Below, one piece after another: positions 55,960 to 64,000 of a stretch of DNA of 64,000 bases (position 1 is its first letter; each line of letters starts with the position of its first letter). The stretch lies in the IMG/VR virus record IMGVR_UViG_3300028275_000007; one strand, given 5' to 3'. This stretch comes from a virus. Lineage: Duplodnaviria; Caudoviricetes. The notes beneath the pieces are model-generated. The model ran no database searches and had not been told where the DNA came from. It saw nothing but the letters and a program-made list of their open reading frames with translations. A program made the translations under genes and the position numbers.

Positions 55960-57446
55960 GTATTCACCTTAATAATTGTAAAGGGGTATTTCGCCTCCTT
56001 ATAGTATTTTTTACGTTCTGTTAAATGTCGTTTTGCATATTTGCAGGTACTAGTTATATCCCAGATTTCAACGTGGTCTTTGTCTTCTGCTTTTCTAATA
56101 CCTCGCCCAATAGATTGTATAACCCTAACAAAGCTCTTTCCGGGTTCCAAAAGAACCAAATTAAAAATCCTAGGGATATTAATACCCACAGCGGCCACAC
56201 CATAAGTCGCCACAATAATCTTTTCATTGCTAGTCCGTACTTCATCGTATTCTTCCTTTCGATCATCTAACTTAACGCTACCGTTGATAAACACCGCATC
56301 TGGCAATTGCTCCATTAGTTTATTTCCAGTATCAATGCGATTGATGAGGACTAGGGTGTTGCCTGATTGACTTAATTCTTTAATTTTATTTGCTATCCAA
56401 GTTAATCTTTTTGGATCAGTTACTAACCAAGTATACTCTTCTTGATAACTTCTAAACACCTCAACATCGTTAGTTTGAACAATATTAATATTAAGATTTG
56501 CCAACACTCCTTTTTGTTGTAGATCGTGTGCAGATACGTTATTAATAACTGGACCAATGCTAGCAAGGATACCTTGAAATTCCCAATTTTCCTTAGGGAC
56601 AGTTCCAGTTAATCCCCAACGAATGGCACAATTTCTAAAGTTTTGTGTAAGAAGTTTTGTTAATACATCTGCCTTAGCCTGATGGACTTCGTCAACAATG
56701 ATTGCTACTACTCCTTCACAAAACTCTGCTAACGAAAGACTCTCTTCGTCATAACTCTTTTTATCCAAGACGTTAAGACTTTGCCAAGTACAGATAGTGT
56801 GCGTTCTGTTAAGTTCTTTTCTATCACCAAAATAAACTCCTACATCTAATCCTAAATTTTTGTAGTCTTCTTCAGTTTGGACAACAAGCGATTTGTTCGG
56901 AACAATAACCATCGTACGGCCATACGGTTCACAAAGATGCGATAACGTCGCAGTAGTAATTGTCTTGCCGGCACCTGTTGCTACCTCCTGTAGAGCTTGT
57001 GGATTTTCTAAAAATTTATTAACAACGTCATATTGATAATCACGTAAAACAATTGGCTGTCCTTCGGCAGGATGACCTTTAGGCCAAGTTTTTCCTTTGT
57101 CTGCCCAATAGTTTTCAGTTACTGGATCGAATTTAAAATCATGAGAAGATCTTAAATCTTCAACTTCAATGTCGTATCCTGCTTCATCTATTATAGGAAG
57201 AATAACATCTAAGTGTGCAAGATAACCGTTGCCACCAATGCTAAAATATGTTTTAGTTCCGTCCCAGCGACCTAGTTTGTAGGCTGGCATATGCCTTGCA
57301 TAGGGAAGGTCAAATTTTAATTTGTTGACAATTTTTCTTCGTGTTTCAACACTAAGTCCATCGACTTTAATGTTAACTTCATCTCTAATTGTAAGTTTAC
57401 AATTCGACAATCTTTCTTCCTTTATGAGTGCTTGGTTTTGCTGCAC
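55956..57446 (-). CDS. uvsW: SF2 DNA helicase (UvsW-like); true start probably TTG near 57410
   Basis: LRDYQ, ATGAGKT, DEVH, GLTGT, GINIP, QSIGRGIR. Confidence 0.88.
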   Translation of the reverse strand: MQQNQALIKEERLSNCKLTIRDEVNIKVDGLSVETRRKIVNKLKFDLPYARHMPAYKLGRWDGTKTYFSIGGNGYLAHLDVILPIIDEAGYDIEVEDLRSSHDFKFDPVTENYWADKGKTWPKGHPAEGQPIVLRDYQYDVVNKFLENPQALQEVATGAGKTITTATLSHLCEPYGRTMVIVPNKSLVVQTEEDYKNLGLDVGVYFGDRKELNRTHTICTWQSLNVLDKKSYDEESLSLAEFCEGVVAIIVDEVHQAKADVLTKLLTQNFRNCAIRWGLTGTVPKENWEFQGILASIGPVINNVSAHDLQQKGVLANLNINIVQTNDVEVFRSYQEEYTWLVTDPKRLTWIANKIKELSQSGNTLVLINRIDTGNKLMEQLPDAVFINGSVKLDDRKEEYDEVRTSNEKIIVATYGVAAVGINIPRIFNLVLLEPGKSFVRVIQSIGRGIRKAEDKDHVEIWDITSTCKYAKRHLTERKKYYKEAKYPFTIIKVNT

Positions 57447-58584
57447 CTAGATAAATTACACAAGGATGAGAATCAAACCAATCTTTTGTAATAACACTTG
57501 TTGGCGGATAAATGTTATTTGTTACTAACATTTTAACATCAAGGTTATCTTTAAACAACCATTTAGCTGGCTTAGATTCAAATATTAAAAATTTTCCAGT
57601 ATCCACTTTGCCGCCAACACCTGCTAGTTTAATCCAGTCATTAAGACCGGTCTTTGAATCTTTAGTATCTCTAAAACATACCTTAATTTCTTCTCTAGGA
57701 ACACTATTTTGATCAGCTGCTTTTACAAATTCTTGTAACCATTTTAGTGTGTCAGATGTTCTATCTAAAATTATACAGACTCTGCCTTTAACGGTAGTGC
57801 TAATGTTAAAGAAATCTTGAACATTTTTAATCCAGAATAAATTTTCAGACGAAGATGCTATTTTTTCTACTAAACTTACCGGATTTTTTTTCAATGGAAA
57901 TCCCATACTCTTAGCCAGTAATAAATCATTGTTTAATGATTCGGTGCGAGTATTTGACCACCATTCTTCGGTTTCTGGATCAGCATTTACTAATTCAACT
58001 TTTGAATTAATTATTTCCGAACAGGGAATAATGTTGTCTGAATTTTGCCATATTTCTTCAACATCTGACAACACACTCATAAAACTGTCGTCAATTACAA
58101 AGTTGTGTTTATTAGCAAATTCATATAGACTGATCAAGTTGTATTCGTAAAATTTTAAACGTCGAACTTTGTCTTCTTGATCCCAATGACTGACTCTAGT
58201 TGAATTAGGCAAGTTAACATTTATTTCATCGTCAAACTCTTTTTTCAATTGATATGGAAATTTTAGACAAATTTCTAAAGATCCATCTTTGTTTTCTACA
58301 TAGATTTTTTTTGTAAGATCTAGTACTCTAAAAGGTCTTTGCCATTGCGCTGTTAACAATGCGTCTTTGTAATCAAAACCCAATAATGCCGATACATTTT
58401 TGTATTTTTCTAATATTTTTAAAATGTAGTTAGCTTGATTTTTTGTTAGTTCGCTGTCATTGGAAATTTTCTCGTGAAAACTAAGAATAGGCGAGAAGTC
58501 CTGGTGCTGAACGTGTAGTTGACCAGATTGAACAAGAGTATAAAAACGAAGAAAAATGTCTTCGGCATACACAGAGCTTAACAT
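57397..58584 (-). CDS. hypothetical protein, first gene of the replication operon
   Basis: TTGACT-17-TATAAT promoter on the minus strand at about 58591-58619. Confidence 0.7.
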   Translation of the reverse strand: MLSSVYAEDIFLRFYTLVQSGQLHVQHQDFSPILSFHEKISNDSELTKNQANYILKILEKYKNVSALLGFDYKDALLTAQWQRPFRVLDLTKKIYVENKDGSLEICLKFPYQLKKEFDDEINVNLPNSTRVSHWDQEDKVRRLKFYEYNLISLYEFANKHNFVIDDSFMSVLSDVEEIWQNSDNIIPCSEIINSKVELVNADPETEEWWSNTRTESLNNDLLLAKSMGFPLKKNPVSLVEKIASSSENLFWIKNVQDFFNISTTVKGRVCIILDRTSDTLKWLQEFVKAADQNSVPREEIKVCFRDTKDSKTGLNDWIKLAGVGGKVDTGKFLIFESKPAKWLFKDNLDVKMLVTNNIYPPTSVITKDWFDSHPCVIYLGAAKPSTHKGRKIVEL

Positions 58585-58615
58585 TTAATTATTATATAAC
58601 AGGCAGATATGAAAG

Positions 58616-59440
58616 TCAACCGAACAATCTTGCCAAAGGAATACCTTGACTTATTTCGTCAACAGTCCATTCGGTATGGCAGAGTTTGAGAAACCATTCT
58701 TCTCTATCTGGCAATGTGGGATTTTCAAGATTTTCCCATTTAATGCTTAATTCGCCAGCTAGGCTAGAAGAATCACAGAGCACGGGAATCCCATTTATAG
58801 GAGCTTGAACAGACGGTCCTGCATTATAATTAATCACGCAATGATAGTTGTAAAAAATATCAAAATTATCATAGGTGTTTGGAATATGTCTAGGCCTCTC
58901 TAATATTACATTAGGCACACTAAACGGAAATGGAGACCTTGGATGTGGTCTAACTATAATCCTGCGCTGTGAGTGCCGTCTAATTTTAGAAATCGTATCC
59001 TTACACCATTCTGCCATAGTTGGCATACCTTCCCATTGAAGACTTTCTTGATGTTGGCAAGCCACTAGTATCTCTCCTCTTGTTTTGTTAGGAGGAGATT
59101 TTAATTCTATACCTAATTTTCCTGGTCTCGAGGAGTCTAAATTTGTAAGATTATTAAAAACGCCTAATCCGTTTATATGGTTTAAAGAAATTCTCCAGGT
59201 CTCGTTCCTTTTTAAATTTCCAACTTCTATAATTAAAACAGATTTTTTATTTTTTATAGCATTATGATATATGGCTTGATTGTTTTTCATCCTGCCTGAC
59301 CATAAAACTGACCAAATTACCGGTATGTCTTCGTCTTTATTAACAATTTCGTGGCCAAGTGAACGCAGTCCTTGTTCGACTGCATTAAAAATTGGTGCGC
59401 TGTTTAAGGCACCGTATTCACGATAAAGTTTGAAGCGCAT
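58616..59440 (-). CDS. GT-B glycosyltransferase-like (capsule-modification type)
   Basis: ACQ, VRPHP, NAGPSVQAPINGIP. Confidence 0.65.
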   Translation of the reverse strand: MRFKLYREYGALNSAPIFNAVEQGLRSLGHEIVNKDEDIPVIWSVLWSGRMKNNQAIYHNAIKNKKSVLIIEVGNLKRNETWRISLNHINGLGVFNNLTNLDSSRPGKLGIELKSPPNKTRGEILVACQHQESLQWEGMPTMAEWCKDTISKIRRHSQRRIIVRPHPRSPFPFSVPNVILERPRHIPNTYDNFDIFYNYHCVINYNAGPSVQAPINGIPVLCDSSSLAGELSIKWENLENPTLPDREEWFLKLCHTEWTVDEISQGIPLARLFG

Positions 59441-59474
59441 AGGAGTAATAAATATCAGAGTATTTAATTAATTT

Positions 59475-59873
59475 ATGGCCTCGTTTGAAAAAAAGATCAA
59501 AAAAATTATTGGCAGAGCAGAAAATGCTTTGGTAATTGGTGACGGTTTTGGAATGTTGCAGGACATAGTGTCTTTACATAACACAACTTTTATAATAGAA
59601 GCAGAAGATAGATCTTTAAAATCAAAAAAATTAATTTATAGAGAAAATTTTGACTATATTGAAACATTATATGAAATAAAGGCCATATACTTTAACCTAG
59701 ATAAAATAGATAGGCTGGAAAAATTGAATAATTTTTGGACAAGATTTAAATCTGTTGTAATAGTCGAAGGAAATTCTATAGTAGACAAAAAAACAATGAA
59801 GGCTCTATACAATACAGGCTGGGTATGCACCTCGGTTGATAAAAAATTTCACGTTTGGGAAAAAAGAAAATGA
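59475..59873 (+). CDS. hypothetical protein (degenerate Rossmann-like)
   Basis: ALVIGDGFG; TAAATA upstream. Confidence 0.55.
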   Translation: MASFEKKIKKIIGRAENALVIGDGFGMLQDIVSLHNTTFIIEAEDRSLKSKKLIYRENFDYIETLYEIKAIYFNLDKIDRLEKLNNFWTRFKSVVIVEGNSIVDKKTMKALYNTGWVCTSVDKKFHVWEKRK

Positions 59874-60685
59874 AATATGCAGTGGTAACAACTTTTAATG
59901 ATGCGGGTCGTGCAAAATACGGCCAAAAAATGATAGATAGTTTTTGTGAAAAGTGGCCAGAAGAGGTCACCCTTCACATTTATCCAGAACTTTGTAATCC
60001 TGCAATACGAAATCACAATCACGTGACATTAAAACGCCTTGAAGAAGTTGAAGAGCTTATGAAATTTAAAGAAAAGTGGAAAAATGTTCCCAAGGCTAAC
60101 GGCGATGTATCAGCAGATCCTATTCGAAGTCGAAGAAAAGATGCTGGCAAAGGTTTTAAATGGGATGCTGTTAGATTTGCCCACAAAGTCTATGCAATTT
60201 TTCACTGTGCTAAGGAAACTGACGCAGATATTTTAGTTTGGATGGACGCAGATACCATTTGTCATAGTCCAATTACCATGGAAACAATTCAACGTCTAAT
60301 TCCGGCAGACAAAGATTTGTGTTTTCTTGGAAGAAAAGGAAAATTTAGTGAATGTGGCCTTTACGCAATGAATTTGCGTTCACCTGCTGTTCAAAAATTC
60401 TTAGAAAAATTTCAATGGATGTACGATTGTGCAGAATTAGGAATTTTTACCTTAGAAGAATGGCATGATAGTTTTGTATTTGATGTCGTACGACGAAATT
60501 CAACCTTAAATGAATTAGATTGGAGCAGCCATCTTATCACTGGAGAAGGTCATCCGCTGATTAACAGTGAATGGGGAGCATATCTTGACCATTTGAAAGG
60601 CGGTAGAAAAGATCTAGGCCGTAGTAAGCCTCAAGATCTAAAGGTTAGAAGAAAAGAAAGTTATTGGCAAACTGGAACAGTTTGA
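59870..60685 (+). CDS. GT-A glycosyltransferase-like
   Basis: RFAHKV, WMDADT, WHD, DHLKG. Confidence 0.75.
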   Translation: MKYAVVTTFNDAGRAKYGQKMIDSFCEKWPEEVTLHIYPELCNPAIRNHNHVTLKRLEEVEELMKFKEKWKNVPKANGDVSADPIRSRRKDAGKGFKWDAVRFAHKVYAIFHCAKETDADILVWMDADTICHSPITMETIQRLIPADKDLCFLGRKGKFSECGLYAMNLRSPAVQKFLEKFQWMYDCAELGIFTLEEWHDSFVFDVVRRNSTLNELDWSSHLITGEGHPLINSEWGAYLDHLKGGRKDLGRSKPQDLKVRRKESYWQTGTV

Positions 60686-61410
60686 ATATTGCCAATTAAT
60701 TCTTCAATACTCGTATCAAGGTCATCATCTTCTTTTAGTCCTGCCTTAAAATGAGTAAAATAATCTTTTAGTATGGTTCTTGGCATCGGAGTTTTGTGAA
60801 AGTTAGGATTAATTTCATTCATACCTCCTAATTTTTCTAAATCTTTAATAGTTGCTCCAAGGACTTCACCGTCATAGAATCTTCTTAAATTCTCAGTTAA
60901 TCGATTATCATAATATTCACGATATCTCTTTGAAAATAATGAAAAATTTTGATGAGTTTTGTTTACAACAAAAAAACTTGATTCACAACTGAAATATTCT
61001 TTGTCATTTGCTTCGTGCCATACACCCATAAACGTAGTTAGATCTTTAGACGAACATAAATTTTCTAAAAATTCTCTAGGAACCGCTGTATGTGTTAATA
61101 CATCAGAATCAATCCATATTAATAGATCGCAATCTATGTTTTCCATAGCGTGAATTACAGAATAACCTTTTTTAGAAAAAGTTTTTACTCTTTGTTTAAA
61201 TTTTGTTTTTTGCAAATCAAAATATTCAACAGGAAGTTCTGTAAAAGGAATTTGTATAATACGTGGATCGGGAGTTAATGACATTTCTTCCACGTAACAG
61301 GTTAAATTAATGTCAGTTGGCCAATTTTTTAAAAATGTAGCAACACAATATTTGCCAATTAACTCATAATATTTTTCGTTAAAACTTGTAATAACAGAAA
61401 TCTTTTTCAT
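60661..61410 (-). CDS. GT-A glycosyltransferase-like (paralog)
   Basis: FSKK, WIDSDV, YDG, HFKAG. Confidence 0.72.
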   Translation of the reverse strand: MKKISVITSFNEKYYELIGKYCVATFLKNWPTDINLTCYVEEMSLTPDPRIIQIPFTELPVEYFDLQKTKFKQRVKTFSKKGYSVIHAMENIDCDLLIWIDSDVLTHTAVPREFLENLCSSKDLTTFMGVWHEANDKEYFSCESSFFVVNKTHQNFSLFSKRYREYYDNRLTENLRRFYDGEVLGATIKDLEKLGGMNEINPNFHKTPMPRTILKDYFTHFKAGLKEDDDLDTSIEELIGNIQTVPVCQ

Positions 61411-62339
61411 ATAAATTTTTTCATATGGCTCCAGCATTCGCCGGATCTTAGTTCGTCAAAATTCCAATGAAACATGGCTAATCGTTCAAGCCATCTGTCT
61501 CTATAGGGCATTTGTGGATTTTCAATTTGAGATAAATCAGTATTAGCAATTTCTGCGCACTGACTACGGGCAGGATCCATTACAAAAATAGGAACACCTT
61601 CAATCGCTGCTCCTACAGCAGGACTTGAATTATAATTAATTGCTGCCCAACAATCTACTAAATCATCTTCTAAATTTTTATTATAGCTAAGAGTGATTCT
61701 TTTAGAAAATTTAATTTTACATCTACCTAGTCTAGGATTAAGATAATTTATAGCATCTTTATCTCCAGGATGTGGTCGTATAATTATGTGTCGATCGGAA
61801 TATTGTCTTACCTGAGCTATAACATCGTTAGCCCAGTCTTGTACATCAAGATTTCCCATACTCCATCCGCCGTTTCTTTGTAGCAACAACAAAATATGGT
61901 CTCCGTTAGTTCTCCACTCTTTAGGTTGAATTTTTAAATTATGACTAATTTTTTTCCATCGAAATGGATCAATTTCCGTATCACAATAAATTCCTGTATT
62001 AGGAAATATTCCATCAAAACTGTATCTGAGATAATGCAAAGGATTTTCTTTATTTTTATAAAGAAATAAATTGCTGTCAACACCTATTACGTGTCTTTTA
62101 TTTTTAAGTTGTTGTTGAATAACAGTATTTCTTAAGAGTAAATGCTTACCAGTTGGCCGACCGGGAGCGACCCAACCTTGTATAATGGCCACATCCGATG
62201 GTCGATAAGAGTGATCAAGATAGTCGTAGACTATTGATCCTGTTCTTCTAGCACCTTCAGAGAAGTATCTTAAAAGATCAATTTTTTCTTGGCTCTTTTT
62301 GTTTGGTACAGAACCGTGGTATACCGCTACTGTTGTCAT
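61407..62339 (-). CDS. GT-B glycosyltransferase-like (paralog)
   Basis: LLQR, IRPHP, NSSPAVGAAIEGVP. Confidence 0.68.
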   Translation of the reverse strand: MTTVAVYHGSVPNKKSQEKIDLLRYFSEGARRTGSIVYDYLDHSYRPSDVAIIQGWVAPGRPTGKHLLLRNTVIQQQLKNKRHVIGVDSNLFLYKNKENPLHYLRYSFDGIFPNTGIYCDTEIDPFRWKKISHNLKIQPKEWRTNGDHILLLLQRNGGWSMGNLDVQDWANDVIAQVRQYSDRHIIIRPHPGDKDAINYLNPRLGRCKIKFSKRITLSYNKNLEDDLVDCWAAINYNSSPAVGAAIEGVPIFVMDPARSQCAEIANTDLSQIENPQMPYRDRWLERLAMFHWNFDELRSGECWSHMKKFI

Positions 62340-63019
62340 TTATTCTTTTCAATTAATAATTTTTTATTATCTTTATTAATCCAATGTTTAAAATATGGAG
62401 CAAAGTGACTATTAGCTAATGCTTCTGCATTAGGACATTTTTTCTTGCATAAATTTAAAAATCCTCTTTCCATTGCCACAGCACCTAATGCCTGTGCATC
62501 GTAAGGTTTCCATAGACTAAACAAGTTATCTTGATTTAGATACATATTTTCATATTTTCTAACAACCAAATCGATCTTATCGGCAGTTTGATTAAAAACA
62601 ACTATGCCGGATTCCCAACAGTCTTCGCCGTCACCGGAGTTTAACATTGCAATTGGTTCCATAAAACTAAAAGAAAAAATAGATTCTGGTAAAGTGGATG
62701 CTGTTTGTTCAACGTCAGCATCTATCCAAACTATTCTTTCATCTTTACCTCGTTCTCTCATTGCAGATATCTGGGCGCAGGCTTTACCCCAGAATTTTCT
62801 AATTTTTGTAGAATCTCTATCTTCTAAATTTAGATTAGGAACACGAACTAATTTTTTAACAAAGGATGATGGTAGTTCATTGATCCAGGCTATGTCACCT
62901 TCTTGTTGATCGATATAAACTGTCACTGTGCCTGGAAAATTTTTCCAAGTCTTTAGACAAAATTTTCCTGTTCCTTCCCAATATTCTTTAGAAAGACTGG
63001 TAATAAAATTTAAGTTCAT
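62336..63019 (-). CDS. GT-A glycosyltransferase-like (paralog)
   Basis: FWGK, WIDADV, ESG, YDA, HWI. Confidence 0.68.
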   Translation of the reverse strand: MNLNFITSLSKEYWEGTGKFCLKTWKNFPGTVTVYIDQQEGDIAWINELPSSFVKKLVRVPNLNLEDRDSTKIRKFWGKACAQISAMRERGKDERIVWIDADVEQTASTLPESIFSFSFMEPIAMLNSGDGEDCWESGIVVFNQTADKIDLVVRKYENMYLNQDNLFSLWKPYDAQALGAVAMERGFLNLCKKKCPNAEALANSHFAPYFKHWINKDNKKLLIEKNK

Positions 63020-63846
63020 CTATGTTCCTTTATTAACTCATATGTTTCTTCTAACATCTTTTTTGCAGAACCATCTCTAAGTTCGTTGTTATGATATTGC
63101 AGATATGCTAGATGACAAGCCCAAGCATAAACTTTATCCTTGTCTGCATAATACGGATTTTCAATCTTGCTTAAGTCTCTTAATGTTACTGGACTAGCCG
63201 CATGGCTTGGAGCAAGTATAAATGCTGGTATTCCGTGTAGGACTGACTCAGTTGCAGAATTACTATTAAAAGTAACTAGGCAATGAACATCGTCATCGAG
63301 TGCTTCTTTTAGTGTATTATGAATTACACGATCTAATCTACTCTTAACTCTATCCCTAACAACAATCGGTCTATCGGTATATTTCTTAATTGTTTCTATA
63401 GTTTCTTCCAACCATTGTTCTCGATCTAATCCGTAGAACCTCATAGGTTTTTCATCGGGTGCAGCAATTAAAACTTTTCTTCCGCCTTTTTTCCAATCGC
63501 TAATCGGAATAGCTAACTGTTTAAATCTATCATTAGGTCTAGGAATTATATCTCCTTCGTATTGCAAATCGTTTTTTACAATTCTATGATAGTATTTCCA
63601 ACCCATTGGATTTACAGGACTTTTTTGATTTCCTAAATATCCAGTGTCAATAAAATAAAAATCTCGTTGTTCACGCCAGCATTGTTGAATTATTTTCTTT
63701 TTTAATATTCCTCTCATCACAATAGGATCTTCGGAATCTTCAAAGATAAAATCTTCAGTCGACACCACTCTTCCTCCGGTGCCGATAGCAAACATATTAA
63801 TATATTCGTCCTGGCCGTCTTTGCTTAAAAATAACCAATTGTTCAT
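63016..63846 (-). CDS. GT-B glycosyltransferase-like (paralog)
   Basis: DTGYLG, NSNSATESVLHGIP, LAYLQY. Confidence 0.65.
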   Translation of the reverse strand: MNNWLFLSKDGQDEYINMFAIGTGGRVVSTEDFIFEDSEDPIVMRGILKKKIIQQCWREQRDFYFIDTGYLGNQKSPVNPMGWKYYHRIVKNDLQYEGDIIPRPNDRFKQLAIPISDWKKGGRKVLIAAPDEKPMRFYGLDREQWLEETIETIKKYTDRPIVVRDRVKSRLDRVIHNTLKEALDDDVHCLVTFNSNSATESVLHGIPAFILAPSHAASPVTLRDLSKIENPYYADKDKVYAWACHLAYLQYHNNELRDGSAKKMLEETYELIKEHR

Positions 63847-64000
63847 AGATTCCTTTGTTGACACCAATCTGCATAAATTCTTTCAAGATGCCATTCGCCT
63901 GAAAAACTTCCTTGATGTGCAAATTCGTGGAAGCAAGGTGTACCTAACGTATAATGAACTAATTTTGCATCTGGGTTATAATCATATTCGACATCCAGCC
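63843..64000 (-). CDS. C-terminus of a glycosyltransferase-like ORF (partial)
   Basis: ..WLDVEYDYNPDAKLVHYTLGTPCF.. Confidence 0.55.
   Translation of the reverse strand, partial: LDVEYDYNPDAKLVHYTLGTPCFHEFAHQGSFSGEWHLERIYADWCQQRNL

Noticed and set aside
47074-57446. Inteins or group I introns in helicase, primase or UvsW
   Set aside because: Protein lengths are normal and motifs contiguous; no intein N/C motifs or intron-sized gaps.

Overview
This 64-kb window is part of a large tailed dsDNA bacteriophage genome with T4-like features and a probable proteobacterial host; standard code 11 fits. No capsid, terminase, integrase or CRISPR array is present. Layout: (i) 1-26 kb is mostly minus-strand late genes behind TAAATA (T4 gp55-like) motifs. 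It includes proteins with a shared T4 capsid-targeting-like leader (a HiPIP+ligase-like fusion, a Pol-beta nucleotidyltransferase) and host-like metabolic genes (aceA, desaturase, hemA, a split ADP-heptose pathway, clpP, algH, TraR/DksA, DNA ligase). (ii) 26.3-27 kb is a repeat-rich, largely non-coding strand-switch region followed by three tRNAs (Leu-UAA, Arg-UCU, Ile2-CAU). (iii) 27-41 kb is a plus-strand early island with 23 sigma70 promoters, where most genes carry the leader motif GGAGCG(AA). (iv) 42-58 kb holds 2OG oxygenases and the replication operon (gp41-like helicase, primase, a miniature DnaE, clamp-loader-like subunit, UvsW). (v) 58-64 kb is a glycosyltransferase cluster. The most novel-looking candidate is an RNA-level shut-off circuit: two early transcripts lacking the GGAGCGAA leader carry its exact complement (CCG-ATTCGCTCC-CGG) in a 3'-UTR hairpin loop. 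Other highlights are the leader-tagged packaged-enzyme set, an unexplained ~97-nt multi-stem RNA, a stand-alone GcrA C-terminal-like domain, a metallothionein-like microprotein and a possible acetyl-CoA/lipid-storage hijack module. All family calls come from motif recognition by eye; no database searches were run.
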